Source: Octopus vulgaris
Taxonomy: Eukaryota
Direction of reading: 5' to 3'
NCBI GenBank assembly: GCA_951406725.2
Contig: OX597815.1
Location: 198,338,001 to 198,402,000, forward strand
Length of the DNA: 64,000 bases
Positions 26,620 through 42,318 of this stretch are shown one piece after another. Position 1 is the first letter of the stretch, and every line of letters begins with the position of its first letter. Below the pieces are notes generated by a model. The model saw nothing but the letters and a program-made list of their open reading frames with translations, did no database searches and was not told where the DNA came from. The position numbers were made by a program, and so were the translations under genes.

Positions 26620-27278
26620 TTACTACCAATAACCATGATAATAATGATAATAATTTAGTTAGGTTTGTTAATATTTTTGTTATTATATAGATGTCATAAA
26701 ATTTTTAAGTACTTTAAATGTATATGTGTGTTTGTGTGTGTATGTATTTATATATGTATATATATGTGCATGTGTGTACGTGTGTATACATATATATATA
26801 TTCATAGATAGTAGTCCACAATGCACTCATACATACATATATGCATTTGTGTATACTTAGGTTCGTGTATGTATGCTGCTTCAGTGAATGCGTTTTATGT
26901 AAATGTATATTTTTACATTATTTCATTGGGAAAAATTATTATTGGCATTAAATCTATCATAAAATATATCAAAGAAACTGACTGAGTATAAAATACAGTT
27001 AACATATACACGTAAGATTTGGTATTCTCTGTTGTGAAATAATTATCATTGTCAGAAGTGAGAGATGCAAGCTGCAGCTATGAAATCTAACTGATTACCA
27101 GATAAATATACATTGAAACAGAGTGGCCTACTTTTGAACGTTAATGAACCAATATATCCAACTTTGATATACAAAATTCAACCATAGAATTAGGATTATG
27201 AATGCTTTGAAAAGATTTTCAATAAATAAATTAGTAGATGCTAAAAGGTGGAGTGAAGTAGGATGAGATAATGAGACA

Positions 27279-27378
<100 letters not shown>

Positions 27379-27547
27379 AGTATAGAAAAAAGTACAGATG
27401 TATTCCTATTTTCTTTCACTCTAAATTTCCCACACACTTTCGTTCTCTCCCACATTCTCATTTCATTTCTTACACTCTCCACACATGCATGTATAGATAT
27501 ATACGTACATCTATCTGTCTATTAATCTATATGTATACACACATAAA

Positions 27548-27612
<65 letters not shown>

Positions 27613-27623
27613 TTGTGCCGATG

Positions 27624-27659
<36 letters not shown>

Positions 27660-28240
27660 TTATGTATATATGTACGTATGTACGTATGTAAACTAGCAGA
27701 TAAATAACCACTTATCCATATACATGTGTTTGTGTGTGTGGAAACGTGTGATTAGATATTTAATGTGCCGCAATCAAGACCATAAAGTTGTAGTTTCGAT
27801 TCCTGGATCAGGCGCTACGTTTTTTTTTTGCAGCAAAACTCTTAATTTAACGTGGATTAGTTAACTCATTTGGCAAAATATGAATAATCCTTAGATGAGA
27901 CGGCGTTCCCTCAAGAGGTGGAGAGGCATATGTACACCACAGAAAACTGGAAGCATGCCTTATGAGCGTATGACGCTGGAAGAGTCTTTTTATATACGAG
28001 TGCATCGATTTAAAAACGCGATTAATTACAGTAGCGTGATTGGGCGCCGCAGACAATGAAGCATACACAGTGTTTGAAATCTATGCCGGAAATATTTGCC
28101 GATATACGTCTAATAGGAAATAATATAATATTATTTATACATATCCATGAATATTTAAAATATATGTGTATCACATTTTTTTCCTCTTGTACAGAGATAA
28201 AGTTCATAATTTTCAGTTATACACTTTGCAATATTATATA

Positions 28241-28431
28241 CTCTTTACTCTTTTTACCCTTTTACTTCTTTCAGTCATTTGACTGCGGCCATGGTGGAGC
28301 ACCGCCTTTAATCGAGCAACTCGACCCCGGGACATATTCTTTTCAACCGCTAAGTAACGGGGACATAAACACACCAGCATCGGTTGTCAAGCAATGCTAG
28401 GGGGACAGATACATACACACAAACACACACA

Positions 28432-28488
<57 letters not shown>

Positions 28489-28616
28489 AGAAATTAAATA
28501 TAAAATATAAATTACAAAGTAGGACAAGAACGCAAAAACACACAAAGAGACGACACAAAAAAAACAGACGGGTCATTCGAAGCCTCTAATCTTCAGTCGG
28601 AACCGGATCATCTTAG

Positions 28617-28655
<39 letters not shown>

Positions 28656-28835
28656 CACACACAAATACATATATACGACAGGCTTCTTTCAGTTTCCGTC
28701 TACCAAATCCGCTCACAAGGCTTTGGTCGGCCCGAGGCTATAGTAGAAGACACTTGCCCAAGGTGCCACGCAGTGGGACTGAACTCCGGAATTATGTTGT
28801 TGGTAAACAAGCTACTTACCACACAGCCACTTCTG
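28241..28835 (-). mobile_element. SINE family A with a ~130-bp foreign insertion (28490-28620) in its TA tract
   Basis: 3' half at 28241-28435 and 5' half at 28670-28835, homologous to 29481-29910. Confidence 0.88.
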
Positions 28836-29480
28836 ATTAATAACGGCTTCTAATTTGGGTATAAAGTTAGAAATAAATAGCTGATATTCTCGATTCCAGT
28901 ATGTGACTAATACTTAATCATATTGCTCCACATTGATGAAAGTAGATCTCGATGGTACTTGAAGTGAAAACATAAAGCGATGGAAGATATAATTTAGTAC
29001 ACTTCCTTCAACGCTAGAATGATTACCTCACCTCGTCTTAAGATAATTAATAATCCTTTTTACGATAGGCGCAAGGGATGACATTTCGCGGGAAGTCTCT
29101 ATTCGGTGATATCGACGCCAGAGCCCGAATGGTATGTATTTCATTGACGCCGAAAGGACGATAGAGAAAGTTGACTTCGCAGAAATATAAACTCGGAACA
29201 TTAAGATATACGAAATTTCATCGGTTTCCAATTGATGAAAGGCAAAATCGACCACGGTAGGATTTGAACTTAGAACGTCAACATGGATGATATTCCGTTG
29301 GGTTTTATCTGATCCGGTAATGCCCCTTCCTGCAAACCACTGTTAAGGAAATTAACAACACCTCTTTCTAATCGTAGAATTAAAATTGTGTATATTATAT
29401 AATCCATGATACTCAAAAATACTCCATCAGAACTACTAAGTGTAAATTTTCTAAAAGGTAAATAGCTCTTATGTTAATAT

Positions 29481-29709
29481 CTCTCTTTTCTCTCTTTTAC
29501 TTGTTTCAGTCATTTGACTGCGGCCATGCTGGAGCACCGCCTTTAGTCGAGCAAATCGACCCCGGGACTTATTCTTTGTAAGCCCAGTACTTATTCTATC
29601 GGTCTCTTTTGCCGAACCGCTAAGTGACGGGGACGTAAACACACCAGCATCGGTTGTAAAGCAATGCTAGGGGGACAAACACAGACACACAAAAACATAT
29701 ACACACACA

Positions 29710-29748
<39 letters not shown>

Positions 29749-29910
29749 GACAGGCTTCTTTCAGTTTCCGTCTACCAAATCCACTCACAAGATATTCGTC
29801 GGCCCGGGGCTATAGCAGAAGACACTTGCCCAAGATGCCACGCAGTGGGACTGAACCCAGAACCATGTGGTTGGTTAGCAAGCTACTTACCACACAGCCA
29901 CTCCTGCGCT
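29481..29910 (-). mobile_element. SINE family A, full-length
   Basis: Reverse complement of the 52409-52794 element. Confidence 0.9.
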
Positions 29911-31169
29911 TATATGGATTAATTTTACTTAAGTGCATCACCGGAAGTATTAACAAATCCTTGTAATTGCTGTTATAAGGCCAGAAAAACTATGAGTGCG
30001 GAAATGTGAATTTAAGCAATATAACTGCTTCTCTCTAAATTTGAACATTAAATTGTGTTTATTTTGCCTTTTATTTCCATCGTGTCATTTACATAACGTA
30101 TATTAATATAATAGGGTGCATTCAGTATCCTAAAATTACTGTCAATATTTACCCACCCATTAAGCAAGTGTATATTGGACGATATTGCTTTATCCCTTTT
30201 TTCTCTTTTTCTTTTGTTTGATAATTAAACAACAAGATTTCTCTTAGTGAATACAGCGTTGTGCTAGAATATCTTGATTCGTAAAGACTACCTATCTTAT
30301 TGCTCTATGATATTGCTATAAAAGAAATCATCTTCTGACAACGTTTAAAATAGAGAAAGTTTTTGCTTAGACAGCTATATCATACTTATCATACAAGCTT
30401 TAGCAAGACCTTCTCCACTTTGTCAATCAAAAGCATATTCATATAACATTGAAATGCATATTTATATCACAGTAGATTTACCATATTCATATAAAGTCAT
30501 GGCCTGCTGCGCTCGGTTTAAAAGACAAAGGATCATCAGCTCCACAAGAACCATTTCTGTTACAGGTACAATTCCTGTCATTTATAGAAGTGGAGGCAGT
30601 CGATTACGACGATGAAACTACACAAATATTATTTTATCGACACCCGAGGGGCAAAGTCGACCTCAGCAGAATTTGAGCTCAAAACCTAGATACGACAAAT
30701 ATGCCGTTAAGAAGCATTTCCGGCGTGCTAACTATTCTGCTAACTCGCTTCTGCTAACTTCACTGCAGATGTATGAAAAGCGCATTTCAATATTTAAAAG
30801 AGCACATATTTGTGATCCAGGTAATTATAAATTCATATGGTTATAAAGACTGTGAGAATTGCCATAAAAGGAAATCAGACAATATAAATAATAATTTACA
30901 GTGAGACATAAATTGTTATAAAATAGAAATGCACTACATTTCATTTTAACCCGAATATAAAACAGAAGTTATGCTTTCATTAAATTCAAGAGAATTTTTA
31001 CAGCTTCGGCACATCACAATTTCGACGAAGACTTCGAATTTATAATCTAGTTTAGACAGCAGTATTTTTAATACATTTTATATATGAAATTGTAGAAAAG
31101 ATAGAATTTATAATTAAATAATATTTAATACTCTTTTAGTGAAAAATAGCAAAATTGATGTTATATATA

Positions 31170-31237
<68 letters not shown>

Positions 31238-31346
31238 TGTTTCTGTGTAAATGTCTGCCTGTGCGTATGAGTACGAGGAAGCAAATCTATGATAAACAGA
31301 AACACACGTGCTTTTATATTATATGCGTATGCATGTATGCATATAG

Positions 31347-31408
<62 letters not shown>

Positions 31409-31424
31409 TATATGTATATATGTG

Positions 31425-31474
<50 letters not shown>

Positions 31475-32024
31475 CATATATATGTGCGTATGTGTATACA
31501 CACACACGTATATATATATGTATGCAAAATACTTATCAGATATCTAATTCTTGCGTGATTCATATCGTCTGTTTCAGGAAAACCAGCCTGATCTTATTAA
31601 GTACCAAGTATTTTCTTCTTTGGTAATACTTTAGCAAAACTTTAAAACAAAACTCATCTAATTTGATTGACATTTCGTGACTTGAAATAAAGTACTTCAG
31701 CGTCAACGGTGAACTTCCGAAAACCATCGCACCTGCAACAAGATCTAGACAAGAGAAAACTTCTCCTCTCTCACACAATACCACTTGAAGAGTACATTTT
31801 AATACAGATATTCAGTCCGGGTGTTATCCGCTGTCATTCCTTATTTCTTTCGTTTGGTTGTCATTTCTCTTTAAAATTTTCGATAAATAAAAGATCAATT
31901 ATTTTATATGCCTGTATTATGTGTCTATACTTATATATGTGTGTTTATGTGTGAATACATTTACGTACATCTCTGTATCATTTCTGTGTAAGAATAAGTA
32001 TACACATAAGTACTTATATCTATA

Positions 32025-32076
<52 letters not shown>

Positions 32077-32533
32077 CATTTATATATATATATATATACA
32101 TACATACTTTTATATATATACATATATATGTGTTTGTATTATGTATATGTATACATTATATATATATATACATATACCTATATGCATACATTATAAATAT
32201 ATATGTGTCTATATATGTATATGTGTGTATGTGCGCGCACTTGTGTGTGTATGTGTGTTTATAGCTGCAATACAATGTTCTATCTCAGAACGTTCTAAGG
32301 AAAAATTCTCCAACTTTACAGACCATGGTACGCAACCGCTTTGGTTTGGCCTGCGGGGATCTCTATCATGCCCAGTTTTATTTCTTATTTCAATAAATTG
32401 TATTTGGAAATGTCATCATATTTAAAGAAGAATCTTTGTAAATGACCCTATATTCCATCGTGTCATTAAGGAGACATCTGACCAAACAAACTTCTTATCC
32501 GTTCTGCATGCTATGATGGAAAGGGCAATAAAT

Positions 32534-32581
<48 letters not shown>

Positions 32582-32886
32582 GTTGCTGAAGGAAGAGAAA
32601 TTCAGTTTCATTGACATCTGGAAGAAGAATTTACCTAAACAGTCGTATTCCTTTGGTTCGTTTGAGCTCTCTTTAATGTCAAATTATAACAGCATCTCGT
32701 GTGCAACTGTGTAATTCGGTCTGAGATGGTGAGTCGCGTGGGTCCTTAGAACTTTCAAGTTCAGAGAATCTGATACAAGCATCCTCCCATGTATATGTGC
32801 ACTAGGTAGGCAGGAGTAGGATGCCCGCAATGTTCTACCAACAAGTCCAAATATGTCATTACCATCATTGAAGCAACTAAGAGAAT

Positions 32887-33349
32887 AGTATTCTTTTGTA
32901 TTCTAGACGCAACGCCCGAAATTTTTGGAGGTGATGGACAGTTGATTAGATCTATACCAGCACGCAGCTGGTACTTAATTTATCGACACCGAGAGGATGA
33001 AAGGCAAAGTCCACCTCGGCAGATTTTTGAATTCATACCCTAATGACAGACGAAATACCGCTAGGCACTTCCCCCAGCGTGCTAACATTTCTGCCAGCTT
33101 GCCGCCTGTACTCTGAGAATAATATTCTTTCCTACTCTAGCCACAAAGCCCGAATTTTTGGGGAAGGGGAATAGTCGATTAGCTTTTTCCCAGTACGCAA
33201 ATGGTACTTAATTTATCGACCCCACACCCCTCCAAAGGGTGAAAGGAAAAGTCGACCACGGTAGAATATGAACTCAGAACGTAGAAACATACGAAATACC
33301 GTTAAGCATTTCGCCTGGCGTGCTAACGTTTCTGCCAGCTCGTCGGCTT
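32887..33349 (-). mobile_element. SINE family B, two head-to-tail copies
   Basis: ggtacttaatttatcgac...gaaagg.aaagtc.acc.cgg...gaaataccg.ta.gca.ttc.cc..gcgtgctaac.tttctgccagct occurs twice (about 32887-33108 and 33119-33349). Confidence 0.85.
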
Positions 33350-33790
33350 ACTCAAACAATATTATTAAATTAATTATGTTGTATAGAACGCATTAACTAT
33401 TTGTATGCTATGTTGTGGGTTCCAACAACACATTTGCAATGACGAATAAATTAAATCCGTCCTTTCGAGATCTTGTTCATATCAAAGTTCAAAAGACGCC
33501 CAAAGTTTAAACCCATAGCCGTACATATCCTATAAAACTTGAGAACATATTATTTATCTATATTCATCATTAATTTGAAAGGCTCTAAAAACTAAGCTAA
33601 AAACCTTCATCATATTTAAATAGAACATGCATGTCTTCCAAAACACAAATAAAAGACCATTGATACCTGGATGCTTCGCAGTAATCAACAACTCCTCATA
33701 TGATTATCTATGACTGAGAAATCTGCTCTAGTTTCGAGAAATAATCTCGAGATGGTGTGAACCAATGATGGCCATAACGTGCATACCATG

Positions 33791-33859
<69 letters not shown>

Positions 33860-33988
33860 ACATATATATACACATACTTATACCATTATATATCTATCTC
33901 CCTATGTATGTATATATGTATGTATCTATGTACCTATCCATCCATCCATCTATCTAACTATCTATCTATCTATCCATCTATCTATCTT

Positions 33989-34049
<61 letters not shown>

Positions 34050-34070
34050 ATATATATATATATATATATA

Positions 34071-34114
<44 letters not shown>

Positions 34115-34617
34115 TGTCTATCTGTAATTCTATAGGTAGATAGATAGACAGATAGATAGATAGATAGTATCCTAGTAGTTTCGGTGTCGCTAGATCGTGC
34201 GTTCGACTCCAGGACACCAAAGTGCTCGATGTGTTCTTAAGCAAAACACTTCATTTCACGTGGCTCTACGATCATTCCGGCATCTGACCTGCGACACATT
34301 TATACAACTGTGCGGGTAATAAAGATTTGAGGGAAGAAGTGAGATAAAATACAGGATAGTCAACCACACACACACACATATATATATATATATAGCAAAT
34401 GGAAAGCAAAACAATAAATTGAACAATTATAAATTCAATTCAATTTAAATACTTTATACCAGCAAATGACACATCTCATAAATTACAGCTATATGTTCAT
34501 TTTTTTATTATTTGCCTATAGGAATAAGACTTTTATTGATATAAGCCAGTAAACACTTCGAATATTTAATATCTCTTTGGTCAATTTTACCCCTAGCTAA
34601 ATTTTTATATACATACC

Positions 34618-34676
<59 letters not shown>

Positions 34677-34736
34677 GCATTTATATATAAATAAATAAGA
34701 TATACATATATATATATATATATGTGTGTGTGTGTA

Positions 34737-34809
<73 letters not shown>

Positions 34810-37800
34810 GCTTTTCTAAGATAGGATAGAGGTAAGATATTATACCTATGAGATATACGTCACAAAAAGTTTTGGTTTCAAAGTACAGCAGAAATCTTAG
34901 TTAAATGTCACCGAATGTGGGATGTGATATTTCGATCTAATTTCTTCTCTTTAGTGATGCACTCCTCAGATATTCTAAACTAGAAGTATTTATTCCTATA
35001 TTATCTTTTCGCCAAACTTTAAGTGATTAGAGCCAAAGCTGGCCAGACTTGAATAGATTCACACTCGTAGCACTATTACGTTAAAACGTCGAAGTGGATA
35101 CGTCCATATTTATTTAGTCAATTGCTGTTTATATCCGTACATTGAGAACCACAATCATTCATATGTCCTTATAAATAAACACATACATACACACACACAG
35201 GCAGGTATATATACATAAATATATTCTCGACGCATATACGCAAATGTACTCATATTTACTGGCTACCGCATCTTGTTAAACATTTAAATAGACAATCTTT
35301 ATATGTTTGGACGGAGATATTTAAAAATTGGTATAAATATATAGAACATCTTAAATTTGGTGCGATTAAAAGCACATTTTGTTTGATTTTAGTTTTGTAT
35401 CAGTTAAACGTAGATGCAATTTACAAAATATAACTGAGGAACTACTGCAAAATTTTGAATAATGAATATGATTAATATACACGAATTTAATATTTTGCTT
35501 TAATGTTCAATTTTATACTTCTTTTAGAATATATATTTCTCAAATATGGTAATTATATATGGCTAATTTCTTTTTTATGTCTTCGTTCGAGAAATTATAT
35601 CCTTATCTTTTTTTTTCTATTCTCTATGTCCTTGTTCATACTCATCGTTGTTTTGTGTTGTTGCTTTGGCTGAAACTATTTAATATGTATAACGATAAGT
35701 GTAACACATTTGTAAATAACAGTGCAACAAATATAAAACCACACTTCCCATGTACTTCACTGCTGTTTCCTTCTTTTTTACTTAATCAGGTTCTTCGATT
35801 TTCATCAAGTGTCAATTTCAAATTACAATGTTTTCATCTTTTAGCAAAGTAGCAGTATTTTGTCCCCGGTGGAAATAGTGATTTAAGATTCTTTTTTTTT
35901 TTTTTGTTTTATTTTAGATCAATGCTATTTATTTCTCAAATATTTTTGCTTCTATTTACATTCTTTATTTACATTCTTTAATTCATCGGAATTTTTCATG
36001 TTTCTTTTGCTCTATATTGTTAATAATTTTTTTATGTACGAAGCCATTGTTGTATGGATTAAAAGCCTAAGCCATTTATACGAGATATTTTCTACTCGTT
36101 AATATTATTTTTTTCTTATTATTTATGTTATTATTGTTAAGACTTCCCTTGTCATCGCAATAATATTATGCTGTTCTTGTTACTACTGTTGTCATGGTTA
36201 TTTTCTATTTTCGCCGCTATGTATCTTCGTATCAGTGTGTGTTTTTGTGTGTGTGTGCGTATGTCTCATTGTGTTTTAATGTATATGCGCATTTATGTAT
36301 CTGTGTTGATGTTCTAGTCAGCATTATGAATCTATTATTGTTCCTCTGTTATGTATTGTTGATGTTTTTTTTCTGCGTCTTCTTGTCTATTAAATCGTTT
36401 GATGTTTTTAACTGCTATAGTAACCATTATTGTTTAAATTATTCATGTTTACGTTGCCTTATTTTCGACTTTGCCATCAGTGTTTTTGCTATTGTTGTCG
36501 TTCTAGTTATTGTCCCTGGTTTACTGATGATGTTGTATTTATGCTAATGCTGTTATATAATCCGCTCCTTTTCTTCTCAACACTCTTTTTCTTTTTTCTG
36601 CTCTTTTTTCTTATTCTACTCCACTTTCATTGTTTCAATTTTTTCTTGCGTCTTTACTGATAGCTTTTCTTCAGAGCCGGGGATTTTTATGGACATTGTA
36701 TACTCCGACCAATATTGTTTCGGTCAACAGTATTAATATTTCTGCTAATGTTACTTACACGTTTTTAATTCATTGTCGTATTTACTGTTTTCCCCCTTAA
36801 TGGCGTTACTGTCAATGCTTGAGATGCTTCTTATTACGTTCAGAGAATTAACAGTTGCTGATACAAAAATTCTTGGCTTTAACACAAATTTATCAGTGGT
36901 GAGCGTATATATAGAAATGTTGTTTCTGGATATTAGAGGAAGTAATAATTCCGCCGGGGTCGACTTTGCTTTTCATCCTGTCAGGATTGATGAAATAGGA
37001 AGGAGTTATGGACTTGGCTTGATGTAATCAACTTACACGTCCCGAAATTTGCTGGAATTGTGCCAATATTTGAAACAAATATTAAAGGTCATCACCAGGC
37101 GTTTCCTAGCACTTAGGTGGAGAAAATACGTGAACCTGCTTTGATCCCAGAATGAGGAACAAAGTTCTTGTGTCGACACATGACTAATGCCATTTTGGTT
37201 AATGGTAAATCTATGTTACTATGGGAGGCAGATTAAATACTCTTAGCATTTGTGGAAGTTAAGTGCAATTAAATTTACGTGTCTACTTGACCAAATCATA
37301 ATATTCTATAGAGAATTAGAAACAAATTCGACAGGAACATAACTAAATTCAACAATACATTTTACCAATCATTCTACAGGCGCTACCACTCAGTGCATTT
37401 GTACTGATATCTTACACTTGCAAAAGTTTCAAAATGTTGAGGTAGAGTGATGAACTTGAATATTAGTTTTTATACACAAGTTCAAATCTGCTAACATTAT
37501 TCTACGACCTTCCAAATTTGAAAGCCAATGCTAAACATGATGGGATTTGAAAAGATACAGGTGATACAGGTGTGTCTTCTTTCCTTTTCCTTTAATACCA
37601 TCTACAAAATAGCATATTCGAAAGTTTGATACTAATATATTTGTTTCCATACATGCCTCTTAAATGGAGTAGGGATATGAGTAAACAGTGACGTATCGTA
37701 TCTATAGCTACAAGAATGATCTGCGCAATAACCTATAACTTATTGTCCAATGAGACAAGCAGATACACTCACCTCTTAAATTGCGGTAAGAGAGAAACTT

Positions 37801-38909
37801 AAAATTGCTAAACAGTGTTTAGTACATAAAATTTCTGGGTGAATTTACAAGCAGATTAACCAGGCTTATACATATTCCCTTTGCTTCCTTGCATCCTTTT
37901 TAACTTTCTGGATGAACTATTCGCAACCTTCTGGCGGGTTGCTTATGCAAGCTTTAAGCTTGTTGCAAACGCTTATTAATTGGAATGTGACCTGCATGCG
38001 CCAATATTCAAGTCACCGAGACTTAGGTGGTAGAATTCTAACCCGGCACACAAACAGCCGAAACGGTTACACAAAGAATCTTGTCTGTCGTACTAACCAT
38101 TCTACTAATCCGCCGCTTTAGAACGCTGAAAATAATTTCACCGTGATGCGAACCCAAAATAATATCAAGCCTAAAGAAATAATAAAATTCTGCCACTCTA
38201 TTGTCTCCTCATTGTTAATCCACTGCCAGTTCGGTTCATTATGCAGAGATCTATTATTTAGTTAATTCTCCTATTAAGCAACGTATCATGATATTCATCA
38301 GTAGTTTAAGCGTGTATTGAGATATTGTATGCGATAACATTAGTTAGATGTGTAGCATTATGATGGAGTGTAATTTAGTGCCAAGATAAAGTCAATATAT
38401 TTCATAGGATAATTAGAGGTTAAATCAAGATTATAGTCTGTAAGTTACTACAGTATTCAAATATAACCATATTGAATGTCCTAAATATATATTAATGGGA
38501 ATATTTTTTAAGGATAAGGGAGTAAAACGTAGCATTAATTTTGTGGGAAAGCTTGACACTATATTGTGATCTAAAGGATACATTTCATTTCACTTCTACT
38601 GCTGCTGTTGTTAATGCTTCTACCTCGGCTTCCGCCAACGCTTCTGCCGCCGCTGCTGCAGCTGGTACTGCCAATTCTTCTACTACTACTGCTGCTACTA
38701 CTGCTGCTAATTAATTTTTGCATACATCTACACACGTGTATATCTACAAGCATATATATATACTCGGGTGTATGTGTCTCTCTGTGTTTACACCCTATAC
38801 AACTTGACAACTGGTATTTTTTTATTTCACATCCGCTGTTAGCTAGGGGTTCCACCAAAAGGCTGATACAAAAAGTATTAGGTGTAAATAAAGTAGATTT
38901 TCGTTTCAA

Positions 38910-39240
38910 ATTTTCCTGGGGTCGAGTAACCCATCTCAAACAAACGGTCTTTGAATAAGGGTTGTTCAAGGATTTTGAACGTAATACCCATGTTACCAGA
39001 GATGGATTATCCAAATCCCACAACTTCTGTTCGTGATCACAGATGCACATATCGTCAGCCACTAAGGGACATGCTCAACTGCTTAAGATCAAACAACTGA
39101 CAAGCAAATCTGTGGCATTGAGCAGAATATTTGCTGTAGCCCATCTTTTATACCAAGACAAAACAATGTACATGATAACACTTCCAATCAGTTAGGATCA
39201 GAAGCCATGAGAGTCACTGCCTGGTACTGCATCAGGGCAT
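38910..39240. mobile_element. Second copy of the 10494-11212 repeat family, ending in (ATT)n/(ATC)n
   Basis: Shares gatgcacatat.gtcagccactaagggacatgctcaactgcttaagatcaaacaactgacaag with 10851-10913. Confidence 0.75.
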
Positions 39241-39570
39241 TTATTATTGCTATCATCATTATTATCATCATCATCATCATCATTATTATTATTATTATTA
39301 TTATGATTATTATTATTATTATTATTATTTGGTTGTTTCGTTAGCAGGTCGAATGAGGCGTTTCGCCCGTCTTTACGTTTGCAGTTCAAGTTCCACCGTT
39401 GTCGGTTCATCCTCGCCGGGTCTATGAAATAAGTTCCAGTCAACTACTAAAGGTCAATTTTATCAACTAGCCTCATACTCTTAGAAAGGATTAATCATAT
39501 TATTTGATACTGAAGCTGCTGCCGCCACTACTACGACAACTGCTGATTCTCCTTCTGCGGCTGCTACTGT

Positions 39571-39617
<47 letters not shown>

Positions 39618-40727
39618 TCTTCATCATCATCATTATCATTACTTATCCCTATTCTTTTAACTTCTACTGTTAGGGAAAATTACTTCATTGTAAAGAAAAA
39701 TCTAATATGAATTCCAAGTTCAGTATTTGTATACATTTTTGTTGTTGTTTAAGTACTTTTTTTTCTTAATTGCTGCTATTTTTATTTTATTTATTTATTT
39801 TTTTTTGGCTTATCTCCAGATCTTTCATTTAATCAGCAGGAACTAATTGTTAATTCTGATATTTTATTTTTCTCTCTTTTTAAGCAATTTTTGATGTTCG
39901 ACATTTTTATGTGTTATATGTTTTCAAATTATTATCATTGTATTTTGAGGCGTTATTCTTCGCTTTTTTTTTTTTATTTCACTCATTTTATTTCACTTTC
40001 GTTTGATCATCTTTTGCTGTTTTATTGCTACATCCAATTGAATACGTTCTTTGAAATACAAATCCGCTCTCGCTCTGAAGGAGTAAATAAAAAAAAGAAT
40101 AGGGTATATGTTTAGACTGGGGCTTTATCCCCTAAAGGAGATTTTAATTTGGAATCACAAACTCTGCGTCCGCTTTGATCTCTACATATTAATTGTGGCC
40201 TACATTTATGTATTCGTGTGCGCATGCATGTATGTACATGGATATATACATGCTAACGTGTGTGTGCGTGTATTGAAATTTATATGAAGATATTATTATT
40301 ATTTATAATAATATCAGTGGGTTAGCACATATGCATATATGTGTGTAAACATGTGTCTTAATATAAAGGTAGCTGACAGAATATTTCAAACACTGGGCCA
40401 AATTCTTTACGGCATTTCGTTCCTCTGTATGTTCTGATTTCTGCAGAGGTCAACTTTGCCTTTCATCCTTCAGGGGCCGATGAAATATGTGCCAGCTGAA
40501 CACTAGAGTCGAAGTAGTCGAATGATCCCTTCCCGAAACTCATGACCTTGTGCCAATATTTGACTCGATTATATATGTGTATACATGAATGCATGTATAT
40601 ATATACATATATATGCATATATATATGCATATATATATATGTGTGTGTGTGCATACATATAAATTGACAGAGTGAGATTAAAAAAACCAAGGCAGTAAAT
40701 AGGTTTCATAACATTTATCAGGAAAAT

Positions 40728-41050
40728 GATTTACAGCACATTCCAGGATGTATCCCTTCATCAGAGACGGTGTGAGAAATTGTTTTGTATTCATTATTGT
40801 AGAGAAGATATGAAATACAGAAGGAAGAGAATAAATATAGAAGTGAGATACATAGTTATATTTCATTTGCAGTTCCATTATTCAACCAGAATGCTGTATA
40901 AAAGCGGTGAATTTTTTTGTGAAGAAATTTTCTTGTACCTGGTGTATGAGTTCCAGTGGTAGTTATATTTGGTCATTCCCAGCATAGAGCCTTGTAATAA
41001 TTGTTGGTCGATCGAGAGATTTTTTTGTGTGAACTAAAATGTGTCGGTAG
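40728..41050 (-). mobile_element. Probable Penelope-like element 3' end: decayed GIY-YIG C-terminus followed by degenerate HHR (40728-40768)
   Basis: Minus strand translates LPTHFSSHKKSLDRPTIITRLYAGNDQI*LPLE, resembling the HFxxxxHSL...E motif of PLE GIY-YIG ends. Downstream: GUCU-CUGAUGA-A-GGGAU-AC-AUCCU-GGAA-UGUGCUG-UA. Confidence 0.5.
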
Positions 41051-41613
41051 TGTTAACGGATAGATAGAGGGAGGAGAGATGAGTATGATTAGAAAGAGGA
41101 GATAGGTCAAATCAAAAACAAGAAGAGAGAAAGATGTGGAAAAAGAGAAGAAACAAGGGGGGAGGAGATAAAAAAGAAATGAAGATAGAGGGGACGAAAT
41201 GAGAATAGGTGAATTAGCTAGTGGCGTGAATAAAGTGATAGGAGGAAAGGAGGATGAGGGGTGTTAGCTAGTGGTCAGAATAAAGTGCTAGGAGGAAGGG
41301 AGAGGTTAGGGGGAGAGAGAGAGGAAAAGATGAGAGGGCAAGGAATAAAAGAGTGTGAGACATGTGAGTAAGGGTGGTGTGATAGTGCTGTATTAAGGGG
41401 TGGGTAGAGAAAATGTAGAGAGGAGGTAAGCGCGGGGTGATATGTAAGTGGGTATTTGTTTATGATAGTAAAGAATGAGGTAAAAATGAAGAATATAAGG
41501 GTGTGAGTGAAGTTGCTATAGACATGTGTGGTAGGATAGTAGGGAAAAAAAGAAGGAATGTATATGTGTGACATGTATACGCACATACGTACCCAGACAT
41601 AGATATATACAGA

Positions 41614-41761
41614 TATATTTCTTTACTACCCACAAGGGGTTAAACACAGAGGGGACAAACAAAAACAGACAAACGGATTAATTCGATTACATCGACCCCA
41701 GTGCATAACTGGTACTTAATTTATCGACCCCGAAAGGATGAAAGGCAAAGTCGACCTCGGC
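41614..41761 (-). mobile_element. SINE family B, truncated copy
   Basis: atcgaccccgaaaggatgaaaggcaaagtcgacctcggc plus the same tail as 59686. Further degenerate copies at about 6150-6376, 29060-29320, 30560-30750, 36940-37080, 39340-39470, 40370-40560, 54530-54715, 55720-56070 and 57610-57740. Confidence 0.8.
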
Positions 41762-42242
41762 ATACTTCAAAACAGAAACATATACGTACATATACGTACT
41801 TCAAAACAGACACAAATACAAACTCATGTATGTCCATGCGCATTCACACATATGCACACTCATACGTATCCATTTTTGTATATATATAGATGCTTGTATA
41901 TATAAAAATGGATGCATATAAGCACGCACGCGTATAATCATATGTATATATACACACAAGCACACACAGAGGCACGTATGTCTACATATATATATCTACA
42001 TTCACCTTCATACAAATTCATACTTATATAAAATAACTATATACATACTCACATATACCCGTATGCAAGATTATATATTTATAGACACACACGCGCATTC
42101 GCACATATATATATATATATTTTTATTTTTCATTCCCTTTGAAATTACTCTCATTCGTGGTTTGGGCTTTAACTGCTCTTACCAGCAGGTAAGACGTCCT
42201 GTTAAAGGTCACTACTTTTGTGTATAAAAACGTCCACTAATT

Positions 42243-42318
<76 letters not shown>

